This document shows, one piece after another, positions 1-10,747 of a stretch of 64,000 nt of DNA. Positions within the stretch are counted from its first letter, which is position 1; each line of letters begins with the position of its first letter. The position numbers were made by a program, and so were the translations under genes. The notes beneath the pieces are model-generated. The model did no database searches and was not told the DNA's origin. It worked only from the letters and a program-made list of their open reading frames with translations. The DNA comes from Bacteroidia bacterium (lineage in GTDB: Bacteria > Bacteroidota > Bacteroidia > AKYH767-A > OLB10), in assembly GCA_037045145.1 (NCBI GenBank), contig JBAOIA010000012.1:235210-299209 (forward strand), written 5' to 3'.

Positions 1-67
1 TAACAACTTATTTCCCTTTAATATCATCAGATTAATAAGATTTTTATATTTTTATCGTTTAAATCTT

Positions 68-691
68 ATGACTTCAAAAAGAATTCTTTTGTTGACGGCC
101 GCACTTCTGAGTAGCATGGCATCATTTGCACAGTTTGCATTCAATCCTCAGGTAGGTTTGTCTGTTGCAAAACTTAGAAACCTGGAAAGCGATGAATCTA
201 CCAAAGCACGTGTGGGATGGCATGCCGGTGCCGATTTCAGAATTGGAAGACGGTTTTATGTTCAACCCGGAATCTATTATTGGCAAACCTCCACAGCCTT
301 CATCAATGATTCTTTAAATATTCAAACCGATCTTCAACGCAGTGATATTAAACTTAATGCTCGTCTTGGACTGAATCTTCTTGATGATGAAAATGCAAAA
401 ATCAGATTCAGTCTTGGGCCTTCTTATAATGTTTTAGTTTCAAAAAGTGCCAAGAGCGATGACCTGGACAAAGTATCTCTTGGAGAACTTGAAGACAATT
501 TCAATAATGGTGTTTTTAATTTTGATGCAGGTCTTGGAGTTGATTTCTGGATAATAACTTTTGATTTAGGTTATAGTATCGGACTTTCTGATGCACTTGA
601 TAACACCGCATATTACAAGTCTGAAGCACGATACGGTACATTTTATTTTAATGTTGGACTTGTTATCGGAAATGCTACTTCTAGTAAATAA
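68..691 (+). CDS. small outer-membrane beta-barrel protein (porin-family like)
   Basis: 207-aa ORF. It has a signal peptide ending SFAQ, alternating hydrophobic strand pattern and an aromatic-rich C-terminal strand (YGTFYFNVGLVIG). Confidence 0.55.
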   Translation: MTSKRILLLTAALLSSMASFAQFAFNPQVGLSVAKLRNLESDESTKARVGWHAGADFRIGRRFYVQPGIYYWQTSTAFINDSLNIQTDLQRSDIKLNARLGLNLLDDENAKIRFSLGPSYNVLVSKSAKSDDLDKVSLGELEDNFNNGVFNFDAGLGVDFWIITFDLGYSIGLSDALDNTAYYKSEARYGTFYFNVGLVIGNATSSK

Positions 692-767
692 CTTGCCGGT
701 ATTTAACTGAGCTAATTTCATAAAGATACTTTTCAAATTCTGTACAAATTATTGAGCCAAACAAAAC

Positions 768-2252
768 ATGCATAAAAACAACTTTTTCAGATTTTTTTTA
801 TTACAATTATTTGTTGTTCTTATTGCCTGCAGGAAAGATCAGTTGTTGACCGATGCTTCTGCCAAACTCAATTTTTCTGAAGACACGGTTTTATTCGATA
901 CCGTTTTTGCATCAATAGGAAGTACCACGCAATACCTTTTGGTTTACAACAATCATAATCGACCTATAAAAATTTCTTCCATCAGACTTGCAGGTGGCAC
1001 AAGCTCTCCATTTAGAATGAATGTTGATGGTGTAGCTGCCAACAGTCTTAACGACATTGAAATACGTGCCAAGGATAGTCTTTGGATTTTTATTGAAGTA
1101 ACTATTGATCCTACAAGTGACAAAACACCATTTATTGTTACAGACTCTATAATCTTTGAAACCAATGGAAATATACAGGATGTAGATTTGGTGGCTTATG
1201 GAAAAAATGCTCACTTCATCACACCAAAACATGCCATTACATTTTCTGATGGCAGCGGACTACCCTACTCCATCATTGGCGAAGGTTCGCCTTGTGGAAC
1301 TGTTATTGAATGGGACAGTTTATTACCCTATGTTGTTTATGGCTATGCTGTGGTTGATAGTTGTCTTACACTAAAGATTAATGCCGGAACAAAAGTTTAC
1401 TTCTACAACAATTCAGGTTTATGGGTTTACAGGTATGGCAATCTACAAGTTGATGGCACTTTGGAACATCCGGTGTTGTTTACCAGTTCGCGCCTGGAAA
1501 ATTCCTACAGCGAGGTCCCCAATCAGTGGGACAGAATCTGGATTAACGAAGGTGGTGTCAATACAATCAATCATGCCATCATTAAAAATGGTTTGTATGG
1601 TGTGCAAGCCGAAGATGTACAGTATGACGGCACCATCGGTGATGCACCTACACAATTGAACATCTACAACAGTGTTATTCGAAATATGACTGTGGGTTTG
1701 CTGGCACGAAGTTTTCAAATTACAGCCTATAACAACATTATCAGCGACTGTAAAAGTTACGGTGCTGTTTTTTCGCAAGGCGGTAATTATACCTTAAAAC
1801 AAAATACCATTGCCAATTATTGGCGCTACTCGCAGCGCAGCACGCCTGCATTTTTTATGAATGATTTTGTGAATGATGGCACTGCCAATGTTCACATTCC
1901 GCTAAGCATCACCGTTGACAATTGTATTATTTATGGCAATAACGACAATGAAATTGAAAAAGATTTGCTCGACAGTCTGGCAGATACTTACAGTTTCAGA
2001 AATTGCCTGATAAAGGTTGACGAAAAAGTGACTCCTGTGAGTGTAATACCTGCTTTTATCAATACATTTAAAAATCAGGATCCGCAGTTTGAAGATTATG
2101 CCAAGTATGATTTCAGATTAAAAGATACGTCTCCTGCCATTGATGCCGGTGATGGTGCCTTGCTGACAGTTCCTGAACTCAACACAGACATTGACGGAAA
2201 TATCAGACCGCAAGGTGCTGCCCCTGATATTGGTGCATTGGAAAAAAAATAG
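768..2252 (+). CDS. lipoprotein with right-handed parallel beta-helix repeats
   Basis: 494-aa ORF with a lipobox-like LIAC. It has repeated N/G-rich beta-helix turns, and the C-terminal motif DIDGNIRPQGAAPDIGALE is typical of beta-helix (PbH1) proteins. Confidence 0.5.
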   Translation: MHKNNFFRFFLLQLFVVLIACRKDQLLTDASAKLNFSEDTVLFDTVFASIGSTTQYLLVYNNHNRPIKISSIRLAGGTSSPFRMNVDGVAANSLNDIEIRAKDSLWIFIEVTIDPTSDKTPFIVTDSIIFETNGNIQDVDLVAYGKNAHFITPKHAITFSDGSGLPYSIIGEGSPCGTVIEWDSLLPYVVYGYAVVDSCLTLKINAGTKVYFYNNSGLWVYRYGNLQVDGTLEHPVLFTSSRLENSYSEVPNQWDRIWINEGGVNTINHAIIKNGLYGVQAEDVQYDGTIGDAPTQLNIYNSVIRNMTVGLLARSFQITAYNNIISDCKSYGAVFSQGGNYTLKQNTIANYWRYSQRSTPAFFMNDFVNDGTANVHIPLSITVDNCIIYGNNDNEIEKDLLDSLADTYSFRNCLIKVDEKVTPVSVIPAFINTFKNQDPQFEDYAKYDFRLKDTSPAIDAGDGALLTVPELNTDIDGNIRPQGAAPDIGALEKK

Positions 2253-2282
2253 GCCCTTGCTTTTTTCACTATATTACTCGTT

Positions 2283-2312
2283 TTTGTACCTTGTTACCAT
2301 TCATTATCTTTG
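2283..2312 (+). promoter_or_regulatory. putative Bacteroidota sigma-A promoter (TTTG-N18-TAtcTTTG)
   Basis: TTTG at 2283-2286 and TATCTTTG at 2305-2312 match the -33/-7 consensus TTTG/TAnnTTTG. The -7 box ends 6 nt before the ATG at 2318, which argues against the TTG start at 2291 in the ORF track. Confidence 0.4.
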
Positions 2313-2317
2313 CCCAC

Positions 2318-2740
2318 ATGGAGAATCATAAACATGCTCAAAAAGTTGTTAACCACATGATGGAACATGACCGTTTCAGTCAGTGGTTAGGCATTAAATG
2401 TTTGGTTATGGAAGCCGGAAAAAGTATCATTCAAATGCAGGTGCGTGAAGAAATGCTCAATGGCTTCGGCTTAATACATGGTGGCATTGCATTTTCTTTA
2501 GCCGACAGTGCCCTGGCTTTTGCTTCCAATGCCTATGGTAGGTTATCTGTGGCTTTAGAATGTTCTATTTCCTACCCTGCTCCGGTAAACAATGGCGACA
2601 CACTCACTGCAACAGCAGAAGAGCTTTCATTGACCAATCGCATTGGAGTCTATCAAATTACTATCAGCAATCAGCAAGGTGTCAAAGTAGCTTTTTTCAA
2701 AGGCACTGTTTATCGTACCAGCAAAGAATATTTTAAATAA
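2318..2740 (+). CDS. paaI: PaaI-type hotdog-fold acyl-CoA thioesterase
   Basis: Contains the motif LIHGGIAFSLADSA and has the PaaI-like length. It sits immediately upstream of a PaaJ/PcaF-like thiolase. The start is moved to the first ATG downstream of the promoter-like box. Confidence 0.7.
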   Translation: MENHKHAQKVVNHMMEHDRFSQWLGIKCLVMEAGKSIIQMQVREEMLNGFGLIHGGIAFSLADSALAFASNAYGRLSVALECSISYPAPVNNGDTLTATAEELSLTNRIGVYQITISNQQGVKVAFFKGTVYRTSKEYFK

Positions 2741-2742
2741 AA

Positions 2743-3948
2743 ATGAAACAAGCTTATATAGTTGATGGCATTCGTACACCAGTGGGTAACTATGGTGGCG
2801 CATTGTCTTCAGTACGTCCTGATGATATGGCATCACTGGTGATTAAAGAGCTAATGACAAGAAATGCCAGTTTGTCTCCAGAAAAAATTGAAGATGTAAT
2901 TTTAGGCTGTGCCAACCAAGCCGGAGAAGACAACCGTGATGTGGCTCGTATGGCTGTTTTACTTGCAGGGCTACCGGTGACGGTACCTGGCGAAACTGTG
3001 AATCGTTTATGTGCCTCTGGCATGTCGGCAGTAATTAGTGCTGCCCGTGCTATTCGCACAGACGACACCTCTTGTATGATTGCCGGTGGAGTTGAAAGTA
3101 TGAGCAGAGCACCGTTTGTCATGTCAAAATCTTCGGCAGCCTTTGCACGCGATGTACAACTTTTTGATACCAGTATCGGATGGCGTTTTGTGAATCCTCG
3201 CATGAAAGAAATGTTTGGCACCGACTCCATGGGAGAAACAGCAGAAAATGTAGCAGTGCAATATAACATCAACAGAAAAGATCAGGATCTTTTTGCCTTA
3301 CACTCTCAACAAAAAGCAACTAAGGCAAATAGCCAGGGAAGGTTTAATCAAGAAATAACACCTGTACTCATTCCCCGAAAAAAAGGTGATCCTTTACTCG
3401 TTTCAAATGATGAGTTTATTAAACCTGATACCACCATTGAAGTTCTTTCAAAGCTAAAAGCTGCTTTCAGAAAAGAGGGAAGTGTGACTGCTGGCAATGC
3501 ATCAGGTGTGAATGATGGGGCGTGTGCACTTTTGATTACCAACGAAGAAACACTTAAATCATCAGAACTTAAACCCATGGTGCGCATAGTGTCATCGGCA
3601 GTGGCCGGAGTTGAACCCCGTATTATGGGCATAGGCCCTGTTCCTGCTGCCAATGCTGCTCTGAAAAAAGCCGGACTTACCTGGAATCAAATTGATATAA
3701 TTGAATTAAACGAAGCTTTTGCAGCACAGTCGTTGGCCTGCATCCGTGAGTGGAAACTTGATGATAAGGATGAAAGAATAAATCCGAATGGAGGCGCCAT
3801 TGCTTTAGGTCATCCGTTAGGAATGTCGGGAGCGCGAATAATTCTAACAGCAGCCCATCAGCTAATACTAACGAAAAAGAAATATGCACTCTGCACCATG
3901 TGTATTGGTGTAGGACAGGGCTATGCAGTAATTATTGAAAGGTGTTAA
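2743..3948 (+). CDS. paaJ: acetyl-CoA C-acyltransferase / 3-oxoadipyl-CoA thiolase
   Basis: 401 aa. Thiolase signatures are present: NRLCASGM (active-site Cys), NPNGGAIALGHPLGMSGAR and CIGVGQG. The symbol is tentative and rests on adjacency to paaI. Confidence 0.85.
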   Translation: MKQAYIVDGIRTPVGNYGGALSSVRPDDMASLVIKELMTRNASLSPEKIEDVILGCANQAGEDNRDVARMAVLLAGLPVTVPGETVNRLCASGMSAVISAARAIRTDDTSCMIAGGVESMSRAPFVMSKSSAAFARDVQLFDTSIGWRFVNPRMKEMFGTDSMGETAENVAVQYNINRKDQDLFALHSQQKATKANSQGRFNQEITPVLIPRKKGDPLLVSNDEFIKPDTTIEVLSKLKAAFRKEGSVTAGNASGVNDGACALLITNEETLKSSELKPMVRIVSSAVAGVEPRIMGIGPVPAANAALKKAGLTWNQIDIIELNEAFAAQSLACIREWKLDDKDERINPNGGAIALGHPLGMSGARIILTAAHQLILTKKKYALCTMCIGVGQGYAVIIERC

Positions 3949-3953
3949 AATCT

Positions 3954-4589
3954 CTAGTGCTTTCGTCTGAAAAGGTAAACCCGGTTCTCTGTTCTTTTAA
4001 GAATACGCTCAATATTTTTTTGATGTGTAATTAACACCAGTATTGGAACTGCAATTGCAAAAACATTCATACTCGTTACTGTTTCATTTAGCCACCACAT
4101 AACAATAAATGGAAAAGAAACAGCAGCAGCCATAGAGCCTAATGAAACATAGCCTGTTGTTAAAAAGAAAAGTAAAAAAACGCCCATACATATTACTGCT
4201 GCAGGTGGATTGACACCCCATAGAATTCCGAGTAATGTAGCTACTCCTTTACCACCTCTGAATCCTGCAAAGACAGGAAAAATATGTCCTAATAAAGCTG
4301 CCGCACCAAGTGTAAGTTTAAAGTTAATAAACTGTTGTGTTGCAGGCATATATTCCCCAAAATAAGTAGCTAATTGTACTGCTATCCAGCCTTTGGCAAT
4401 ATCCATCAATAATACAGGCACTCCCGCTTTGGGGCCTAACACACGAAATGTATTTGTTGCACCGGCATTACCGCTTCCGTACTCGCGAACATCAGTATTG
4501 AAAAAAACCTTTCCTATCCAAACAGCAGATGGAATGGAGCCAAACATGTAGGCTGCTAATAAAAGAGTAATGTTTTCGGCATTAATCAT
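3954..4589 (-). CDS. plsY: glycerol-3-phosphate acyltransferase PlsY
   Basis: 211-aa polytopic membrane protein with the GSGNAGATN and FRGGKGVAT motifs. Confidence 0.9.
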   Translation of the reverse strand: MINAENITLLLAAYMFGSIPSAVWIGKVFFNTDVREYGSGNAGATNTFRVLGPKAGVPVLLMDIAKGWIAVQLATYFGEYMPATQQFINFKLTLGAAALLGHIFPVFAGFRGGKGVATLLGILWGVNPPAAVICMGVFLLFFLTTGYVSLGSMAAAVSFPFIVMWWLNETVTSMNVFAIAVPILVLITHQKNIERILKRTENRVYLFRRKH

Positions 4590-4665
4590 TCAACAAAAAT
4601 CACGCATAAAGATTTGACGCAAATATATTCTTTCTGAAAATAATGAACCTTTGATGTCATGTCTT

Positions 4666-5733
4666 TCATCCGTCACGATGTGACGATGATGTATAATTGC
4701 GCCATTTTTCCAACAAATTCAGAAAATTCTCCGGCAGATCTGCTTCAAAAAATTTTCTCTCTCCATTTACTGGATGCATAAAACCGAGTGACTGTGCATG
4801 TAGTGCCTGATAGGGCATCAGTTCAAAACAATTATGTATAAATGATTTATATTTATTTTCTGTTGTGCCTTTTAAAATCTTATCGCCACCATATTCAAAA
4901 TCACCAAACAAAGGATGACCAATATGTTGCATGTGTACTCGAATCTGATGTGTTCTCCCTGTTTCTAATTTAAGTTTTAACAAAGTAACATATCCAAACC
5001 GTTCTATAACCTCATAGTGCGTTTTTGCATACTTGCCATGACTGCCATCAGGAAATACATCCATAACTTTTCTGTTGATTTTATTCCTACCCACATGGCC
5101 TTCTATTTCGCCTTTATCTAGTTTTAAATCTCCCCATGCCAATGCAATATAGTTTCTGCTGATGGTGCGTTCATAAAACTGCAAAGCCAGATAATTAAGT
5201 GTATCCTCATCTTTTGCAACTACCAGCAACCCCGATGTGTTTTTATCAATACGGTGTGCCATGCCTGGTTTAAAAACATCTTTTGGCAAAGCCTGACCTT
5301 TTAATTCAGGATAAAAATGCCCGGCCATTGCATTGGACAAAGTTCCGGTATAATTACCATAAGCAGGATGAACAACCATGCCAGCCGGTTTATTTACTAC
5401 TACAATATATTTGTCTTCATACACAATATTCAAAGGAATATCTTCGCATAACAATTCAATTTCACGAACCGGATAAGGTAATACAACTCTGATTATATCT
5501 CCGGGTTTAACCTTATAATTTGCCTTTGTAGGTAGATTATTTACCAAAATACTTCCATTATCAATGGCTACCTGCAATCTGTTGCGTGTAACATTTGCCA
5601 TTCTAGAGGTAAGAAACTTATCTATTCTCACCTGCTCTTGCCCACTATCCACTATTATGCGGTGATGCTCAAAGAGTTCGTCCTGCTCCAGATGCTCTGA
5701 TGCATTTCCTTCTTGTTCTAATTCAGTTCTCAT
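4666..5733 (-). CDS. rluD: RluA-family 23S rRNA pseudouridine synthase (RluD-like)
   Basis: N-terminal S4 domain (RIDKFL...) plus the catalytic HRIDKNTSGLLVVAK motif. Confidence 0.85.
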   Translation of the reverse strand: MRTELEQEGNASEHLEQDELFEHHRIIVDSGQEQVRIDKFLTSRMANVTRNRLQVAIDNGSILVNNLPTKANYKVKPGDIIRVVLPYPVREIELLCEDIPLNIVYEDKYIVVVNKPAGMVVHPAYGNYTGTLSNAMAGHFYPELKGQALPKDVFKPGMAHRIDKNTSGLLVVAKDEDTLNYLALQFYERTISRNYIALAWGDLKLDKGEIEGHVGRNKINRKVMDVFPDGSHGKYAKTHYEVIERFGYVTLLKLKLETGRTHQIRVHMQHIGHPLFGDFEYGGDKILKGTTENKYKSFIHNCFELMPYQALHAQSLGFMHPVNGERKFFEADLPENFLNLLEKWRNYTSSSHRDG

Positions 5734-6026
5734 TCACTGCAAATTTAAAAAACATGTGCAAAAAGACTTTTTTTTCTTATTTCATTACATAATTTTTTCA
5801 TCAGAATTTTGTCATTACTTTTTTCCACAAAATCCTGTTTTTCAGAGGTATTGTCAAAGTTTTTGATTTAAAACAATTGCACTTATTCTTTTTACTTCTC
5901 ATTGTTTATGAAAGATTAATTGAAAATATACTGCTTTTCATACAAATACCTTTTCATAGTGCTGTAACTGTTGCAGTGCAGTTGCGTTTCACTATTCATA
6001 ATTATTTTCAGGAGAACAATTAAACT

Positions 6027-6890
6027 ATGCGTCAGTTAAAAATTACAAAACAAGTTACCAACCGCGAGACCTATTCTTTAGACAAATACCTGAGTGAGAT
6101 TGGTAAGTTGCCATTACTGACATCGGAAGAAGAAGTAAAGTATGCCAGAAAAATTAAAGAGGGCGACCAACATGCTTTAGAAATGTTGACAAAATCGAAC
6201 CTTCGTTTTGTGGTTTCTGTTGCCAAACAATATCAGAATCAGGGTATAACACTTGGTGATTTGATAAATGAAGGTAATCTTGGTCTAATAAAAGCTGCTT
6301 ATCGCTTTGATGAAACCCGTGGGTTTAAATTCATTTCGTATGCGGTTTGGTGGATTCGCCAAAGCATTTTACAAGCTATTTCCGAACAGGCACGTATTGT
6401 CAGGCTTCCTGTAAATAAATTAGGTTTTATCAATAAGATAAATAAAACATACGCACAGCTTGAGCAAGATTTCGAAAGAGAACCTTCAAACGAGGAAATT
6501 GCAAACGTACTTCATGCCAACATTGATGAAATAAACGATACCCTTCGTTCGGCAGGAAAACATATTTCTATGGATGCACCACTCTTGCAGGGAGAGGATG
6601 GCAATATGCTTGATTTAATTCCTACAGAAGATGGACAAAGCCCGGAAGTTTCATTGATGAGCGAATCACTTAAAAGAGAAATTGAACGTGCACTAACAAC
6701 CTTAACCCCCCGCGAAGCTGATGTCATCAGACTGTATTTTGGGCTAACACCCGAACCTGCAATGACTCTTGAAGAAATTGGAGAAAGATTTGAACTTACA
6801 CGCGAAAGAGTACGGCAAATAAAAGAGAAAGCTATTCGCAGATTGAAACATACCTCCAGAAGTAAAATTCTGAAGGCTTATTTAGGATGA
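6027..6890 (+). CDS. rpoD: primary RNA polymerase sigma factor (Bacteroidota sigma-A)
   Basis: 287 aa. Regions 2-4 are present ([43 protein letters not shown]...[14 protein letters not shown]). Confidence 0.9.
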   Translation: MRQLKITKQVTNRETYSLDKYLSEIGKLPLLTSEEEVKYARKIKEGDQHALEMLTKSNLRFVVSVAKQYQNQGITLGDLINEGNLGLIKAAYRFDETRGFKFISYAVWWIRQSILQAISEQARIVRLPVNKLGFINKINKTYAQLEQDFEREPSNEEIANVLHANIDEINDTLRSAGKHISMDAPLLQGEDGNMLDLIPTEDGQSPEVSLMSESLKREIERALTTLTPREADVIRLYFGLTPEPAMTLEEIGERFELTRERVRQIKEKAIRRLKHTSRSKILKAYLG

Positions 6891-6914
6891 TTTTTTCATT
6901 GTATATGGTTAATG

Positions 6915-6945
6915 ACGGTATTCTTTAATTAGGGTACCGTTTTTT
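6915..6945 (+). terminator. putative intrinsic terminator after rpoD
   Basis: ACGGTA (6915-6920) pairs with TACCGT (6935-6940) and is followed by TTTTT. Confidence 0.4.
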
Positions 6946-7005
6946 GTTTTATGATTTTATTTATTTTGGCTGCGAAAAAATTAATCAATCTAACACAAAG
7001 AAATT

Positions 7006-7722
7006 ATGGCCTACGAATTTTACGATGCAACAATTATTGATATAATTGATGAGAACGATGTAGTAAAACGCTATTTTATAAAAGTACCCGATGAGCGTCC
7101 ATTTAGTTTTAAAGCCGGACAGTTTGTGATGGTTGATTTACCTATTGACTCTAAATATACCAACAGAAGCTATTCAATAGCCTCTGCCCCTACTACCGAC
7201 AATATTTTTGAACTTTGTATAGTACTAAATCCAAAAGGTATGGGAACCCCCTATATGTGGGAGAATTACAAAGTAGGAACCACCATTAAACTTTCCAGAG
7301 TATTAGGTAAATTTCAGATTCCTGAACCTATTGATACAGATTTATGTTTTATATGTACAGGCACAGGAATTGCGCCATTACGTTCGCAGGTAATTGACAT
7401 CCTTAATCGTAAAATTCCACATAAAAACTTATACATGGTTTTTGGAAATCGCTGGACAAAAGACATACTCTACCGGCAGGAAATGGAACAGCTGGAAAAA
7501 GATTATCCTCAGTTTAAGTTCATCCCTGTTTTATCACGGGAAAACGAAGGATGGACCGGGCGCAAAGGATATGTGCATCAGATATATGAGGAAATTTTTG
7601 CTGATAAACGCCCTGCAAAGTTTTTTATCTGCGGCTGGGCCGATATGCTAAAAGAAGCTCGTCAGCGCTTGGAGGCCATGGGATATGATAAGAAAGCCAT
7701 TAAGTTTGAGTCGTACGACTAA
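7006..7722 (+). CDS. ferredoxin-NADP reductase-like FAD/NAD(P)-binding oxidoreductase
   Basis: RSYSIAS (FAD RxYS motif) and GTGIAP (NAD(P)-binding), with a length of 238 aa. Confidence 0.75.
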   Translation: MAYEFYDATIIDIIDENDVVKRYFIKVPDERPFSFKAGQFVMVDLPIDSKYTNRSYSIASAPTTDNIFELCIVLNPKGMGTPYMWENYKVGTTIKLSRVLGKFQIPEPIDTDLCFICTGTGIAPLRSQVIDILNRKIPHKNLYMVFGNRWTKDILYRQEMEQLEKDYPQFKFIPVLSRENEGWTGRKGYVHQIYEEIFADKRPAKFFICGWADMLKEARQRLEAMGYDKKAIKFESYD

Positions 7723-7832
7723 GTCACATTTTCTTCACTTTCATTTTTGATTCATAAGCGACCGTATATTTTAGCCCGAGTTAGCTGTTTAATCAATTTT
7801 TTTAAATTTGCACCTCCTTAAATTTCAAGACA

Positions 7833-9848
7833 ATGAAAAATTTTAATGCATTGGGAATTATTTTAATTTCCTGCTTGTTCACAAATGCCTATGCACAAAA
7901 GAAAACAAACAGTGCTGTGGCAAAACCAACAAAAGCTGTAATTGCCACAACAACGGCAGTAACCAACGATCCTGTTTTAGTTAATGTTGCCGGACAAAAC
8001 ATCACCCGCTCCGAATTCGAAAGGGTTTATTACAAAAACAACAATAAAGGTACAGCAAACGATGAAAAATCCATCAGAGATTATATGGAGCTTTTTATCA
8101 ACTATAAACTTAAAGTTAAAGAAGCCGAATCGCTGAAAATGGATACTTCGGCAGCTTTTAAAGATGAACTAACAGGCTATCGTAAACAATTGGCTCAACC
8201 CTATCTCACCGACAAGGATGTGAATGACAACTTAGTTAAAGAGGCATATAACCGACTGCAAAACGATGTTAGAGCAAGCCATATCCTGATAAAACTAAGC
8301 AGTGATGCCCTACCCAAAGATACTTTGGCTGCTTACAACAGAATCATGAAAATCAGAGAAAAAATTGTAAAAGGTGCAGACTTTGAAAAGATGGCTCGTG
8401 ATAGTTCTGAAGATCCATCGGCAAAAGAAAATGGTGGAGACCTTGGTTATTTTACTGGCTTGCAAATGGTTTATCCATTTGAAACTGCTGCCTACAATAC
8501 CAAGCCCGGTCAGGTATCAATGCCGGTAAGAACCCGTTTCGGTTATCATATCATTAAGGTAAGTGACATTCGTCCTGCAGTTGGCGAAATACACACTGCG
8601 CATATCATGATTAAAGTTAACAAAACTGATAATGACTCTTTACAAAAAGAAGCTAAACGTAAGATAGATGAAATATATGCCAAGTTCAAGGCAGGTGAAA
8701 AATTTGATGATTTGGCAAAACAATATTCTGATGACAAAGGCTCTGCCGTAAATGGCGGTGTACTACCTTGGTTCGGAACAGGTAAAATGGTACCGGAATA
8801 CGAAAAGGCATCTTTTGCATTGTTGAAAGACAATGATGTTTCGGCACCTGTAAAATCTGCTTATGGATGGCATATCATAAAACGTATAGAAAAACGTGGT
8901 ATAGCATCATTCGATGAAAAGAAAAATGAATTGAAGAATCAGATTATGCGCGACAGCCGTAACGAAATGGGCAGAGCTTCTTTAGTTGCTAAAATCAAGA
9001 AGGAAAACAACTTTAAAGAATTTGTTGCCAACAAAGAAGATTATATTAAATCGCTTGACACTACACTTGCCGATGGAACATATAACGACTCTTCAGCATT
9101 GAAAAAAACAAAACCTTTGTTTAACCTGGCAGGTAAAGAATATACGGAATTTGATTTTGCAGCATACCTTGCAAAGCATCAAACAAAAAGAAAAGACATC
9201 ACCTCTCAGGCAATAGCATATTCGCAGTATGAGAACTTTGTGACCGATGCTTGCATTGCACTTGAAGAATCGCAGTTAGATAGAAAATATCCAGACTTTA
9301 AAGCATTGATGGATGAATACAGAGATGGTATTTTATTATTCGACCTTACAGACAAAATGGTTTGGAGTAAAGCAGTGAAAGACACCACAGGATTAGAGCA
9401 GTTTTATGAGAAAAACAAAAACAATTACATGTGGGGTGAGCGTTTAGACGCTGTAATTTACACTTGTAAAGATGCTGCTGTTGCAAAAGAGGCAAGAAAA
9501 ATGATTAAAAAGAAAAAATCCGACAGTGAAATTGCAGCAACTTTAAACAAAGATTCATCTTTGAATATAAACATTAAAGACAGTAAATACGCTAAAGGTG
9601 ATAATGAAATTATTGACAAACTTGAATGGAAGACGGGGTTATCTGCTGATATGAATAATAACAATCAGGTGGTTTTTGTAGATGTAAAATCTATACTTGC
9701 AGCACAACCTAAAAAATTAGACGAAGCACGCGGATTGATTACTGCCGACTATCAGAATTTTCTTGAAAAATCATGGATCACTGAATTGCGTAAAAAATAC
9801 AGCTATTCAGTAAACGAAGATGTTTTAAAATCTATGTTTGCCAAGTAA
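7833..9848 (+). CDS. periplasmic parvulin-type peptidyl-prolyl isomerase (SurA/PpiD-like), two PPIase domains
   Basis: Signal peptide, and the parvulin signatures GGDLGYF...FGYHIIKV and GGVLPWFG...YGWHIIKR. Confidence 0.8.
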   Translation: MKNFNALGIILISCLFTNAYAQKKTNSAVAKPTKAVIATTTAVTNDPVLVNVAGQNITRSEFERVYYKNNNKGTANDEKSIRDYMELFINYKLKVKEAESLKMDTSAAFKDELTGYRKQLAQPYLTDKDVNDNLVKEAYNRLQNDVRASHILIKLSSDALPKDTLAAYNRIMKIREKIVKGADFEKMARDSSEDPSAKENGGDLGYFTGLQMVYPFETAAYNTKPGQVSMPVRTRFGYHIIKVSDIRPAVGEIHTAHIMIKVNKTDNDSLQKEAKRKIDEIYAKFKAGEKFDDLAKQYSDDKGSAVNGGVLPWFGTGKMVPEYEKASFALLKDNDVSAPVKSAYGWHIIKRIEKRGIASFDEKKNELKNQIMRDSRNEMGRASLVAKIKKENNFKEFVANKEDYIKSLDTTLADGTYNDSSALKKTKPLFNLAGKEYTEFDFAAYLAKHQTKRKDITSQAIAYSQYENFVTDACIALEESQLDRKYPDFKALMDEYRDGILLFDLTDKMVWSKAVKDTTGLEQFYEKNKNNYMWGERLDAVIYTCKDAAVAKEARKMIKKKKSDSEIAATLNKDSSLNINIKDSKYAKGDNEIIDKLEWKTGLSADMNNNNQVVFVDVKSILAAQPKKLDEARGLITADYQNFLEKSWITELRKKYSYSVNEDVLKSMFAK

Positions 9849-9859
9849 GAAAAAGTATA

Positions 9860-10747
9860 TTGAAAAAACAACACATAACATTTAATGGTTCCGGCTTGCT
9901 TTTAGCATTTGCCGGAACTGTTTTTTTAATGAGTTGTAACAATCTGCCGGTAAACTTCAAAAAGGATAAGAATAAAAATGCCATTGCCCGCGTTTATGAT
10001 AAGTATTTATATTCACACGATATTAAAGATCTTGTTCCTAAAGATGCCACGCCACAAGACAGTTCAATGATTGTAAAAAGTTTTATTGACGATTGGATAA
10101 AACAAAATATTGTATTGCATCAGGCAGAAAGTAATCTACTTGAAGAACACAAAAATGTAGAGCGGCAGTTGCAGGAATATCGTAATTCCTTAATCACTTT
10201 TGCCTACGAGCAAGAGTTGGTTCGTCAGCGACTTGACACAACAGTTACAGAACAGGAAATTGAACAATACTACAATGATAATAAGCAAAACTTTTTATTG
10301 AAAAGTAATATTGTAAAAGCCACATTTATAAAAGCAGCTAAAAAAACTCCAAAGATTGATAAACTTAAAACATGGTTTAACTCATCAAAAGAAAAAGACA
10401 GGCAACTTCTTGAAGAGTTTTGTTTTCAATATGCTATTGACTACTCTCTAAACGACAACGATTGGATGCAATTTGACGACTTATTAAAAAGAGTACCGAT
10501 TAAAACTTATGACAAAGAAGAGTTTTTACGTAACAACAGAAATATTGAAACTGCTGATTCAGTAAACATTTATCTTATAAAAATTACCGATTTTAAAACT
10601 AATGAAAGTGTTTCACCACTTGACTTTGTAAAAGACAATATAAAGAACCTGATTATAAACAAAAGAAAACTTGCTCTGATAGAGCAAATGCAGAAATCTG
10701 CATTTGATCAAGCACTTAAAAATAATGACTTTGAAATATATAAATAG
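9860..10747 (+). CDS. hypothetical lipoprotein (SurA N-terminal-like chaperone region)
   Basis: TTG start in the ORF track and lipobox LMSC. It is located between two PPIase genes and I recognised no catalytic motif. Confidence 0.4.
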   Translation: MKKQHITFNGSGLLLAFAGTVFLMSCNNLPVNFKKDKNKNAIARVYDKYLYSHDIKDLVPKDATPQDSSMIVKSFIDDWIKQNIVLHQAESNLLEEHKNVERQLQEYRNSLITFAYEQELVRQRLDTTVTEQEIEQYYNDNKQNFLLKSNIVKATFIKAAKKTPKIDKLKTWFNSSKEKDRQLLEEFCFQYAIDYSLNDNDWMQFDDLLKRVPIKTYDKEEFLRNNRNIETADSVNIYLIKITDFKTNESVSPLDFVKDNIKNLIINKRKLALIEQMQKSAFDQALKNNDFEIYK